DNA of 64,000 nucleotides. Source: Eledone cirrhosa (lineage: Eukaryota). This document shows positions 1-12,100 of the stretch, in pieces (within the stretch, counting starts at the first letter, position 1; each line of letters begins with the position of its first letter). The notes beneath the pieces were generated by a model. It was given only the letters and a program-made list of their open reading frames with translations, did no database searches and had not been told where the DNA came from. Location of the stretch: contig OZ024764.1 in NCBI GenBank assembly GCA_964016885.1, forward strand, positions 2,046,001 through 2,110,000. Direction: 5' to 3'. Position numbers and translations under genes: made by a program.

Positions 1-745
1 ACCGTATGGAGGGACAGATACCACAATATACTGTATATCAAGGGTGTTAAAAGAAAGGCCCATCTTTAGATATAACTATAGACCGTATGGAGGGATAGCT
101 ATTACAATCTACTGTATATCTGGGACGTTAAAAGACAGGCCCATCCTTATATTAGATGTAATTGTGGGTTGTAAGTATAGACAGACACACCCAACATTAT
201 AGTAGATGTAACAGCGGGCCGTATGGAGGGACAGATACCACAATATACTGTATATGAGGGACGTTAAAAGACAGGCCCATCTTTAGATATAACTATAGAC
301 CGTATGGAGGGGTAGCTATTACGTTATACTGTATATCAGCGATGTTATAAGACAGGTCTCCTTATATTCGATGTCTGCATATCAGGGACGTTATAAGACA
401 GGTCCACCTTTTTATAAACTGCAACTATGGGCCGTATGGAGTGAGAGACAGACATTATATTAGATGTAATTACCACAATATACTGTATATCTGGGACGTT
501 AAAAGACGAGACTTATATTAGATGTAATTGGGGGTTGTCTAAGAATGTAGTAACCATCAAGGGCTCTAAATGTAAAGGAAGTATCTAAGGTTCGAATCCA
601 ACTGTCTTCCAAGAATCGAATTAACCATCAAGGGTTCTAAGTATCAAAAATGTAATAAGAACCTTCAAGTATGTAAAGAAGGTATCTCAGGTTGTATGGA
701 CAGACAGACAGACCTAACATTATATTAGATGTAACTGTGGGCCGT
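1..745 (+). repeat. Degenerate copies of the ~85-bp satellite unit
   Basis: Recurring CCGTATGGAGGGACAG..TACCACAATATACTGTATAT..GGACGTTAAAAGACA..TATATTAGATGTAA, a diverged version of the unit at 2600-3953. Confidence 0.8.
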
Positions 746-1569
746 TATATATACCTCGATATCTCATCAGATATACATCTTTATATGTGCAAAAACGCCA
801 CATGTAACTTTAATTACACACTTACCTAACATATGTAGGGGGCGGCGATCGAGTAATTGGACTGTAGACTCTATCGGTAAAACAGCCGAAAAAACCTGAT
901 AGGGGACACACCCTAGATGCAGGGTACAGTCATAATGACAGGGGCCCGGCTCTGCCTCGATATCTCATCAGATATGCGAGTTTATATGTGCATAAACACA
1001 TTCACTTCGCCTGTAACAGTAATTACGGACTTACCTAACATATATGTGTAGTTGGCTGTAGACCCTATCGTTAAAACCTCATAGGGGACACCCGTATAAT
1101 AACAGAGCTGCTGCAGGGAAAACTAGGAAGAGTTTAAAGAAAAACTACACAAGATATATTTTGTTATTAAATCCCTACGTTTTATTGTTTATTTTCAACA
1201 CTGGAAGCCGTAGTCCAACTCCTATATGCAGGGGGTCTCGTCGTTTGATTTGATCCGGGGACAATATCGTTCGGCACACCCTGAATAACGAAGCAGCCTT
1301 CTCTAGGGACAGTACTGCTTGCTCCATATGGGGAGGGGTCTAGAAAGGTTGTGTTAAACCACAGTATACTGTATATCATGGTCGTTAAAAGGCAGGCCCA
1401 TTCTGTTATCTCAGAGAAAGAGTCTTGCTGAGTATCACTTCGGAGGTATTCCCCCCGGCTCGTCCCCTACACCACTCAGTTGGCAAACCATGGTCAATGG
1501 GCATCTTTGCATGCGGCCGAAAATAATCAAAGAATAAAAGGTAAACACCCACCTTCAATGGACCAAAAA

Positions 1570-2045
1570 TCACATGCTGGAACCTCAGGACCTTGTTAGA
1601 CACAGTCACCGAGAGTATGTCAATCTGTTCTAATTCCACACTGAATGTTGACCTCGCTGCTCTCAGTGAGGTCCACTTCCCAGAGGAAGGCCACCTACAA
1701 GACCATGGTACCCTCTACTGGTCAGTCTCTTACAGGTCACTTCTGTGGATGATTTCAACGGCGTCGGCCTGGGAGGGAGTGCTTGGCTTGACAGAGGATG
1801 CTTGTTGGCTGAGTTCTGCGAAGAAGATCATCTTGCAGCAGAAAGACCGTTTGAAAACAACCTGGATACACCTTTGTTCCAAATAGTGGCACATCATTGA
1901 TTATATCCCAGGGCGCTGATGTGACCTGAAAGACCTCTTACATAGCAGAGTGATGCCCAGTGCCGAATGTCACACCGACCATCGTCTCGTACGCTGCAAA
2001 CTCAAGCTCCACTTTAAACCCAAATCAAAAAAAGGAGAGCCCCAG
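1570..2045 (+). mobile_element. RTE-clade LINE fragment, APE endonuclease region (frameshifted, stops)
   Basis: Piecewise translation gives CWNLRTLLD, ALSEVHFPEEG, TLYWS, DDFN, KTTWIH..SK*WHIIDYI and VMPSAECHTDHRLVRCKL. These are the WNxRT, SE, GDFN, IDY and TDH motifs of LINE APE domains. Confidence 0.85.
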
Positions 2046-2394
2046 AAGATAACGAGGGTGGAGGTGGGCTACAGGGTATTCCCGGCTTACTCAGTATAGA
2101 AAATGGTCACTGCCATTGGAATGACAAGAAGAGAAAGGGCTGCAGTTGGCAGGATCTAGCAGAAAGGGCCTCGTGTTTCCTTTAGAGAATGAGGCGAAGA
2201 TGGGCAGTAATTAGGTCACTGCTGCTGACCCACCAGCGGGAGGGTGACACCAACACCTCCTGGCGAAGGCTATGTCCACCGAAGGTGAATAAATGCGAGG
2301 CATCTTCTTGAAGAGGTAATTATGCCTATATATATATATATATATATATATACTCTTTTACCTGTTTCAGCCATCCGGCTGAGGCACCGCCCTT

Positions 2395-2433
<39 letters not shown>

Positions 2434-2599
2434 GTACCTTGATTGATTCTAGGTTTAAGAGTGTGGCCTTAGGGAAGGAGAGAGGAGGAGGTGAAGTGTG
2501 CCATTGACAGATGACCCCAGTTCTTGGGATGTTAAAAAACAGGTCAACCTTTTATAAGCTGCAACTGTGGGCCATATGGTGCGAGAGACAGACCTAACA

Positions 2600-3953
2600 T
2601 TATATTAGCTGTACCTGTGGGCTGTATAGAGGGACAGCTACCACAATATACTGTATATTAAGGACGTTAAAAGACAAACCCAGCCTTATATTAGATGTAA
2701 CAGCAGCCGTATAGAGGGACAGCTACCACAATATACTGTATATTAAGGTCGTTAAAAGGCAAACCCAGCCTTATATTAGATGTAACAGCAGCCGTATAGA
2801 GGGACAGCTACCACAATATACTGTATATTAAGGACGTTAAAAGACAAACCCAGCCTTATATTAGATGTAACAGCAGCCGTATAGAGGGACAGCTACCACA
2901 ATATACTGTATATTAAGGACGTTAAAAGACAAACCCAGCCTTATAGAGGGACAGCTACCACAACATACTGTATATTAAGGACGTTAAAAGACAAACCCAG
3001 CCTTATATTAGATGTAACAGCAGCCGTATAGAGGGACAGCTACCACAATATACTGTATATTAAGGTCGTTAAAAGGCAAACCCAGCCTTTTATTAGATGT
3101 AACAGCAGCCGTATAGAGGGGTCAGCTACCACAATATACTGTATATTAAGGACGTTAAAAGGCAAACCCAGCCTTTTATTAGATGTAACAGCAGCCGTAT
3201 AGAGGGACAGCTACCACAATATACTGTATATTAAGGACGTTAAAAGACAAACCCAGCCTTATAGAGGGTCAGCTACCACAATATACTGTATATTAAGAAC
3301 GTTAAAAGACAAACCCAGCCTTATAGAGGGTCAGCTGCCACAATATACTGTATATTAAGGACGTTAAAAGACAAACCCAGCCTTATATTAGATGTAACAG
3401 CAGCCGTATAGAGGGACAGCTACCACAATATACTGTATATTAAGGACGTTAAAAGACAAAGCTAGCCTTATATTAGATGCAACATCAGCCGTAAAGAGGG
3501 ACAGCTACCACAATATACTGTATATTAAGGACGTTAAAAGACAAACCCAGCCTTATATTAGATGTAACAGCAGCCGTATAGAGGGACAGCTACCACAATA
3601 TACTGTATATTAAGGACGTTAAAAGACAAAGCTAGCCTTATATTAGATGCAACATCAGCCGTAAAGAGGGACAGCTACCACAATATACTGTATATTAAGG
3701 ACGTTAAAAGACAAACCCAGCCTTATATTAGATGTAACAGCAGCCATATAGCGGGACAGCTACCACAATATACTGTATATTAAGGACGTTAAAAGACAAA
3801 CCCAGCCTTATATTAGATGTAACAGCAGCCATATAGAGGGACAGCTACCACAATATACTGTATATTAAGGACGTTAAAAGACAAACCCAGCCTTATATAC
3901 AGTATATTGTGGTAGCTGTCCCTCTCTACGGCTGCTGTTACATCTAATATAAG
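2600..3953 (+). repeat. 85-bp minisatellite (~16 units, some 62-bp deletion variants) ending in an inverted partial unit
   Basis: Unit TTATATTAGATGTAACAGCAGCCGTATAGAGGGACAGCTACCACAATATACTGTATATTAAGGACGTTAAAAGACAAACCCAGCC recurs at 2686, 2771 and onward. 3895-3953 is the reverse complement of part of the unit. Confidence 0.95.
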
Positions 3954-4322
3954 CAAAAGACTGTACTAATGTGTGGAAGTTTAAACATGAAGCTGAACTC
4001 CCAGCTACGCTGAGCAGGGCACGTCTCTAGCATGAAGGATCATCACCTGCCCAGGATCACTATGGAATCTCTATAGGAGTTCGTGATAGGAAGGCCAAAT
4101 ATTAAGAACTTTTGTAGGAGTGAGGGAGAAAGGTTCGCAGCGTATGGCGATAATGGACAGTAATTTGGCCACCAATGCTGACACACCAGCGAGAGGGTGT
4201 TACGGTTGAGGGTCAAAATTCTCAATGAACGTAGGACACGGCCAGTTGACATCAACACCGCCTGGCCAAGGCTATGTCCATCGAAGGTGAATGAATGTGA
4301 GGCACCTGAGGACATAATTATG

Positions 4323-4379
<57 letters not shown>

Positions 4380-4466
4380 TCATTGTTTAACGTCTATCTT
4401 CCACGCTAGCATGGGTTAGACGGGTTTGTCCCATTTAGAGGCAAGTTGAGTGACCGTGTCTCGCAC

Positions 4467-4505
<39 letters not shown>

Positions 4506-5045
4506 TTTATTGGTATATTGCAATCGTATCGATATCGATCATCTGATGGTACAATCATAATGACCGGGGCCCGGCTCTGCCTCAATATCTCATCAAATAT
4601 GCGAGTTTATCATCAAAAACACACACCGCCTGTAACTTTAATTACGGACTTACCTAACATATACGTGTGTAAGGGGTGGGGATTGAATAACTGCACTGTG
4701 GACCCTATCGTTAAAACACCCAAGAAACCCCCCAGACACACACCCCTGGATGCTCCAGAATACAAAATGAATTTACAACAGTTTCAGAAAATATTTAGCA
4801 CGGTTCAAGAAATGAATCAACAATTTAAGGTCTTCCATCTCTATCTTGAAAGAAGCATTTAAATACATCGAAATATTAACTAAAACTAAGAAGAGTTTTA
4901 AAGAAATACACTCGACAAATTATTTGTGAATAAAAAAGAAACACGTTGAATTTTATTAAATCCCTACATTTTATTGTTTATTTTCAACACGAATTGGAAC
5001 ACTTGGTCTGTGTATTTCATTAGGAATAAGGTAAGAAGAGACTTC

Positions 5046-5480
5046 ACCTGGATAGGACGACAGTCGATTGCAAGTTTAAAGTTCTCGCCTCTAAAACCAC
5101 CTATTGTTAGGAATTCTCACCATTGTCCTGTCAAAAGACAACTATGATAAACGTATATCCCACTTGACCTGTGACCCCAGGAAGAAGTAGGAACTACTGT
5201 GGGTCTGTAGAAAGTGAATGTTTCACATCGTTATTCTCTCTAGGGCTGCTGCTTCGTTCTCTCTGTTTGTCCAAGCCATTGTATTTATAACCCTAAAGCT
5301 AGAGGGATGTGTAAATAGCTCGATTTAGGAGTAGCCATGTGTTTCATCTATCAAGTCCCTGGGGTGACAGGTCAAACATTTATCATAGTTGTCTTTTGAC
5401 AAGACAATGGTGAGAATTCCTAACAAAAGGTGGTTTGACAGGCCACAACTTTTAGATTAGGTTTCGATTCTTCGACAGGT
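5046..5480. mobile_element. Foldback/MITE-like inverted repeat
   Basis: 5093-5180 (AAAACCACCTATTGTTAGGAATTCTCACCATTGTC..GACCTGTGACCCCAGG) pairs with 5358-5437 (CCTGGGGTGACAGGTC..GACAATGGTGAGAATTCCTAACAAAAGGTGGTTT). Spacer ~180 bp; the outer arms are degenerate. Confidence 0.6.
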
Positions 5481-5676
5481 AAAACATAGTCGAATTCTGT
5501 TACAAATTAATCAATAAAAAATATGTTAAATGTTGTTATATTGGCAATGTAATGAAACAGGTGTGTGTCTCGTTAAGAATAGGTTAACAACTAGGCAGGT
5601 GTAAATAGTAGACCATAGGGGACGAAGAGGGAAAGATTTACAAAAACATCTCAACATAATATAAAATCTAGGTTAC

Positions 5677-5835
5677 CTTTCGGAAAGCTGCTCTTGTCCA
5701 TTGTTAAACCATTTAGCGAGAGTTTCGGGAAAGATTGGAAAATTCTACAAACTGACGGCCATTTTTTTTTCTTTCTTGTTTTGGATGGAGTTGAATGCGC
5801 ACGCGCGAGATTTAGACATCCAGTGCGCATGTTCC
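5677..5835 (-). promoter_or_regulatory. Candidate promoter/first exon of a minus-strand gene
   Basis: Locally CpG-containing unique sequence with TGCGCACGCGCG and GTGCGCATG (NRF1-like) and AAAATGGCCG (YY1-like). Minus strand then reads AACAATGG (ATG 5701-5699), MDKSSFPK, followed by AAG|GTAACC donor at 5677/5676. Confidence 0.3.
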
Positions 5836-5841
5836 AAGTAT

Positions 5842-5980
5842 CCTGGCCATGCTACAGCAATATCTAAAAAGCCTGGCCATGCTACAGCACCATCTAAAAA
5901 GCCTGGCCATGCTACAGCACCATCTAAACATTCTGGCCATACTACAGCAATATCTAAACAGCCTGGCCATGCTACAGCAC
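5842..5980 (+). repeat. 30-bp tandem repeat (~4.6 copies)
   Basis: CCTGGCCATGCTACAGCA(CC/AT)ATCTAAAAAG with period 30. Confidence 0.9.
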
Positions 5981-6136
5981 TAGAAGTTACTCTATAATTA
6001 CATAAGTAATTCTCGGGGAGATTCAGCGCTATAAGACTGGCCATTACAGACTTCTATACAGTTTGTCTATATATATATATATACAAAGGGAGACGACACT
6101 GTAATGTATTTTCACATAGTTACCTCCCTGTATGTG

Positions 6137-6211
<75 letters not shown>

Positions 6212-6213
<2 letters not shown>

Positions 6214-6412
6214 AGATCTCTCTGCACTTGTCGTCACAGGGTACCATGGGCCCAGCACTATGTGTCAATAATTGTCACAAGTGTAGTGTTTGTACCAGAG
6301 TTTTCAAGTCGCTGGCTGGACTAAAAAGTCACTCGTTCAGCGCATTGGTAGGGGTTCTCCTACATGGATATAAAGTAGTGGCCGTACTCGAAAACGAGTT
6401 GGCAGCCACCAT
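6212..6412 (+). mobile_element. RTE-like LINE 3' end (C-terminal zinc-finger remnant plus tail)
   Basis: [19 protein letters not shown] (CxxC..H finger) followed by GTGGCCGTACTCGAAAACGAGTTGGCAGCCACC(AT)n. Near-identical inverted copy at 52072-52270. Confidence 0.65.
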
Positions 6413-6519
6413 ATATATATATATAACGTATTACCTTTGGCGTCACGCAGTAATACAGAGTACCCGACCTCCCATGGGTACAAGCTGAAGCATATAGACA
6501 ATATGCCCCCACACCCTCC

Positions 6520-6805
6520 CACTCTAATGTGGTCGTGGAGGTGCCACGGCAAAAAAGCACCCAGCCCACACTGTAAAGTGGACGTGTAGGCGCCACAGAA
6601 AAAGCACCCAGCACTCACTGTAAATGAGGTTGGTGTTAGGAAGGGCATCCAGCTGTAGAAATCAAGCCAGAATCAGTTCCTGTATGAGCAAGGCATGGTC
6701 AGCTGACCAGACACTGCCCACAACAGGACAACCCGTCTAACCCATGCTAGCGTGGAAGAACGGACGTAAAACGGTGGTGATGATGATGATGATGATGATG
6801 ATGAT
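6520..6805 (+). mobile_element. SINE family A, 3' half, with two copies of the 49-bp internal unit
   Basis: GTGGTCGTGGAGGTGCCACGGCAAAAAAGCACCCAG-type unit twice, then GTTGGTGTTAGGAAGGGCATCCAGCTGTAGAAA and a (GAT)n tail. Confidence 0.85.
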
Positions 6806-7223
6806 TATATAGGAATAAAGTGTTTATATTTATCTAAAAACTTCCGAACATAATTAATTTTATGTAAGAACTATGTTAAGCTGTGTTCCAAACACCCCTG
6901 GTTCTGTGATACTAAACTGTCTCCAAGTGTTTATATTTATTTAAAAACCTTTGTTAAGTTATGTTCCAAACACCAACTTAATGAGAAAGTTTACAAAGAG
7001 TTACATCATTTTGTTGACCATAGAAGGATGAAATGTAAAGTTGACCTCAACAGGATGTGAAAACCGTCCATGATAATGTAAGAACCTTTAACCCTTTAGC
7101 ATTTAAATCGGCCTTACACAGCCACTCATAATTATGTGAAGGTATTGTTCTCAAAATAAATAACTTTAGAAAATCATATTATGAGATATTTATGTGAGGT
7201 AAAACCTTTACTGTGAAAATATA

Positions 7224-7341
7224 ATTGTTTCTACTTTTGGCACAAGGCCAGCAATTACCCCAGTGTATTACTGGTACTTTATTTTATTGTCCCTGTAATG
7301 ATGAAAAGCAAAGTTAACCTCGGCAGGATTTGAACTCAGAC
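7224..7341 (-). mobile_element. SINE family B fragment
   Basis: Reverse complement of GAGTTCAAATCC.GCCGAGGTTAACTTTGC..AAAATAAAGTACCAGTAAT..GGCCTTGTGCCAAAAGTAGAAACAATT. Confidence 0.85.
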
Positions 7342-7545
7342 TTTAAAGGGCCGTAACTAGGACTTGTAGGACTCAATACAGTCAGTTCCCCTTCATAACT
7401 AGAGTCACAATTCTCCCACATTCATCAAATTGACTAAAACATTTGATGTGGTCAACAGAGATGGCCTATGTAAATACTGCCCTAACAGGGTCATCGCAGT
7501 TAATGGCTCACAATACTGCCCTAACAGGGTCATCGCAGTTAATAT

Positions 7546-8428
7546 CTCACATAACATTTACATTACTCTATATATACTATTGTATTTTCACAGTAAAGGC
7601 TTTACCTCACATAACATCTACATTACTCTATATATACTATTGTATTTTCACAGTAAAGGCTTTACCTCACATAACATTTACATTACTCTATATATACTAT
7701 TGTATTGTCACAGTAAAGGCTTTACCTCACATAATATCTCACATAACATTTACAGTACTCTATATATACTATTGTATTTTCACAGTAAAGACTTTACCTC
7801 ACATAATATCTCACATAACATTTACATTACTCTATATATACTATTGTATTTTCACAGTAAAGGCTTTACCTCACATAATTATCTCACATAACATTTACAT
7901 TACTCTATATATACTATTATATTTTCACAGTAAAGGCTTTACCTCACATAACAGTTACATTACTCTATATATACTATTGTATTGTCACAGTAAAGTCTTT
8001 ACCTCACATAATATCTCACATAACAGTTACATTACTCTATATATACTATTGTATTGTCACAGTAAAGGCTTTACCTCACATAACATTTACATTACTCTAT
8101 ATATACTATTGTATTGTCACAGTAAAGGCTTTACCTCACATAATATCTCACATAACATTTACATTACTCTATATATACTATTGTATTTTCACAGTAAAGG
8201 CTTTCCCTGACATACTATCTCACATAACATTTACATTACTCTATATATACTATTATATTTTCACAGTAAAGGCTTTACCTCACATAATATCTCACATAAC
8301 ATCTACATTACTCTATATATACTATTGTATTTTCACAGTAAAGGCTTTACCTCACATAATATCTCACATAACATTTACATTACTCTATATATACTATTGT
8401 ATTTTCACAGTAAATACCTCACATAATA
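7546..8428 (+). repeat. 60/72-bp minisatellite (~13 units) derived from the MITE subterminal region
   Basis: Unit CTCACATAACATTTACATTACTCTATATATACTATTGTATTTTCACAGTAAAGGCTTTAC, with or without a 12-bp CTCACATAATAT. Part of it is the reverse complement of 7180-7226. Confidence 0.92.
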
Positions 8429-9104
8429 TCGAAGCTACAAGATTTTTGTTATTTATTTGGAGAACAATATCTTAACATCAGTATGAGTGGCTAGCTGACA
8501 CCTGTTTGAACAGAAAGAGGTGAGAGAATTCTGGCCGGTTATGGCTGGTTTAAATGCTAAAGGGTTAAGCATTTCTAAGGCTCACTGAAATGATGGAGAT
8601 CCCATAGTCTGCGATGCCCTGAAACAGCTCCTAACCAGGCATTTACAGACTTCAGCGATTTCTTTCCTGTTATGCTGCCTGGTGGCTTCCATGAGTGCAC
8701 AGATGGAAAACATACCTGATACAGGACTGATGGAGGGTTATTTAACCCGAGGGCTCTCACAAAGGTCGCAGAAACTTCTTATTTGTAATTTACCTCTCAA
8801 AGACCGAGAACCTGCATGTATGTATGTTGTCATATATACAGAATGAAGACTGGTGCTAGCATTGAGGCCAGATAAGGCACAGACCTCTGCTATATCAACC
8901 TTAAAGGATCATATCTAATAAAGAGCTTGGGCTACCATTTTGCCTGGGGGAATTACTAAAACTTAAAGGATCACAGTTTTATACAGAGTTGGTATTACCA
9001 GTAAGACCAACATTATATAGAGTGTGTCCAGTTGTTTGAGCCAAGTTAATATAGCATGAATTTTGAGTGGGGCGCAGCACTTCTGCCCTCTTGCCCTAGG
9101 CTAA

Positions 9105-12100
9105 CACCTACTTGACCACTTTACAGTGTGGACTGGGTACTTTTTTGTTGTGACACCTACATGACCACTTTACAGTGTGGACTGGGTGTTGTTTGTTGTG
9201 TCACCTACATGACCACTTTACAGTGTGGGCTGGGTGCTCTTTGTCATGACACCTACATGACCACTTTACAGTGTGGACTGGGTGCTCTTTGTCATGACAC
9301 CTACATGACCACTTTACAGTGTGGACTGGGTGTTGTTTGTAGTGACACCTACATGACCACTTTACAGTGTGGACTGGGTGCTCTTTGTCATGACACCTAC
9401 ATGACCACTTTACAGTGTGGACTGGGTACTTTTTGTTGTGACACCTACATGACCACTTTACAGTGTGGACTGGGTGTTGTTTGTTGTGACACCTACATGA
9501 CCACTTTACAGTGTGGACTGGGTGCTCTTTGTCATGACACCTACATGACCACTTTACAGTGTGGACTGGGTACTTTTTATTGTGACACCTACATGACCAC
9601 TTTACAGTGTGGACTGGGTACTTTTTGTTGTGACACCTACATGACCACTTTACAGTGTGGACTGGGTACTTTTTGTTGTGACACCTACATGACCACTTTA
9701 CAGTGTGGACTGGGTGTTGATTGTTGTGACACCTACATGACCACTTTACAGTGTGGTCTGGGTATTTTTGTTGTGACACCTACATGACCACTTTACAGTG
9801 TGGACTGGGTGGTTTTTGTTGTGACACCTGCATGACCACTTTACAGTGTGGACTGGGTCCTTTTTGTTGTGACACCTATATGACCACTTTACAGTGTGGA
9901 CTGGGTGTTGTTTGTAGTGACACCTACATGACCACTTTACAGTGTGGACTGGGTGCTCTTTGTCATGACACCTACATGACCACTTTACAGTGTGGACTGG
10001 GTACTTTTTGTTGTGACACATACATGACCACTTTACAGTGTGGACTGGGTGTTGTTTATAGTGACACCTACATGACCACTTTACAGTGTGGACTGGGTGC
10101 TCTTTGTCATGACACCTACATGACCACTTTACAGTGTGGACTGGGTACTTTTTGTTGTGACACCTACATGACCACTTTACAGTGTGGACTGGGTACTTTT
10201 TGTTGTGACACCTACATGACCACTTTACAGTGTGGACTGGGTACTTTTTGTTGTGACACCTACATGACCACTTTACAGTGTGGACTGGGTGTTGATTGTT
10301 GTGACACCTACATGACCACTTTACAGTGTGGTCTGGGTATTTTTGTTGTGACACCTACATGACCACTTTACAGTGTGGACTGGGTGGTTTTTGTTGTGAC
10401 ACCTGCATGACCACTTTACAGTGTGGACTGGGTCCTTTTTGTTGTGACACCTATATGACCACTTTACAGTGTGGACTGGGTGCTTTTTGTTGTGACACCT
10501 ACATGACCACTTTACAGTGTGGACTGGGTGTTGTTTGTTCTGACACCTACATGACCACTTTACAGTGTGGACTGGGTGTTTTTTGTTGTGACACCGACAT
10601 GACCACTTTACAGTGTGGACTGGGTACTTTTTGTTGTGACACCTACATGACCACTTTACAGTGTGGACTGGGTACTTTTTGTTGTGACACCTACATGACC
10701 ACTTTACAGTGTCGACTGGGTGTTGTTTGTTGTGACACCTACATGACCACTTTACAGTGTGGTCTGGGTATTTTTGTTGTGACACCTACATGACCACTTT
10801 ACAGTGTGGACTGGGTGGTTTTTGTTGTGACACCTGCATGACCACTTTACACTGTGGACTGGGTGTTTATTGTTGTGACACCTACATGACAACTTTACAG
10901 AGTGGACTGGGTGTTGTTTATAACACCTACATGACCACTTTACAGTGTGAACTGCGTGTTTTTTGTTGTGACACCTACATGACCACTTTACACTGTGGAC
11001 TGGGTGTTTATTGTTGTGACACCTACATGACCACTTTACAGAGTGGACTGGGTACTTTTTGTTGTGACACCTACATTACCACTTTACAGTGTGGACTGGG
11101 TGTTGTTTGTCATGACACCTACATGACCACTTTACAGTGTGGACTGGGTGTTTTTTGTTGTGACACCGACATGACCACTTTACAGTGTCGACTGGGTGTT
11201 GTTTGTCGTGACACCTACATGGCCACTTTACAGTGTGGACTGGGTGCTTTTTGTTGTGACACCTACATGACCACTTTACAGTGTGGACTGGGTGTTGTTT
11301 GTTGTGACACCTACATGACCACTTTACAGTGTGTACTGGGTGTTGTTTGTTGTGACACCTACATGACCACTTTACAGTGTGGACTGGGTGGTTTTTGTTG
11401 TGACACCTGCATGACCACTTTACAGTGTGGACTGGGTACTTTTTGTTGTGACACCTACATGACCACTTTACAGTGTGGACTGGGTGGTTTTTGTTGTGAC
11501 ACCTGCATGACCACTTTACAGTGTGGACTGGGTACTTTTTGTTGTGACACCTACATGACCACTTTACAGTGTGGACTATGTGCTTTTTGTTGTGACACCT
11601 ACATGACCACTTTACAGTGTGGACTGGGTCCTTTTTGTTGTGACACCTACATGACCACTTTACAGTGTGGACTGGGTGGTTTTTGTTGTGACACCTGCAT
11701 GACCACTTTACAGTGTGGACTGGGTACTTTTTGTTGTGACGCCTATATGACCACTTTACAGTGTGGACTGGGTGCTTTTTGTTGTGACACCTACATGACC
11801 ACTTTACAGTGTGGACTGGGTACTTTTGTTGTGACACCTATATTACCACTTTACAGCGTCGACTGGGTGTTGTTTGTTGTGACACCTACATGACCACTTT
11901 ACAGTGTGGACTGGGTGCTTTTTGTTGTGACACCTACATGACCACTTTACAGTGTGGACTGGGTGCTTTTTGTTGTGACACCTACATGACCACTTTACAG
12001 TGTGGACTGGGTGTTGTTTGTTCTGACACCTACATGACCACTTTACAGTGTGGACTGGGTGTTTTTTGTTGTGACACCGACATGACCACTTTACAGTGTG

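Larger units (their letters stand above)
7092..8564. mobile_element. piggyBac-type non-autonomous element (TTAA target, CCC..GGG termini) carrying a SINE, an RT scrap and a tandem array
   Basis: TTAA|CCCTTTAGCATTTAAA at 7088-7107 and TTTAAATGCTAAAGGG|TTAA at 8549-8568. Imperfect inverted similarity continues ~130 bp inward. Confidence 0.75.

Noticed and set aside
8575-8815. Possible minus-strand exon(s) in unique sequence
   Set aside because: No recognisable protein motif and no convincing acceptor/donor pair.
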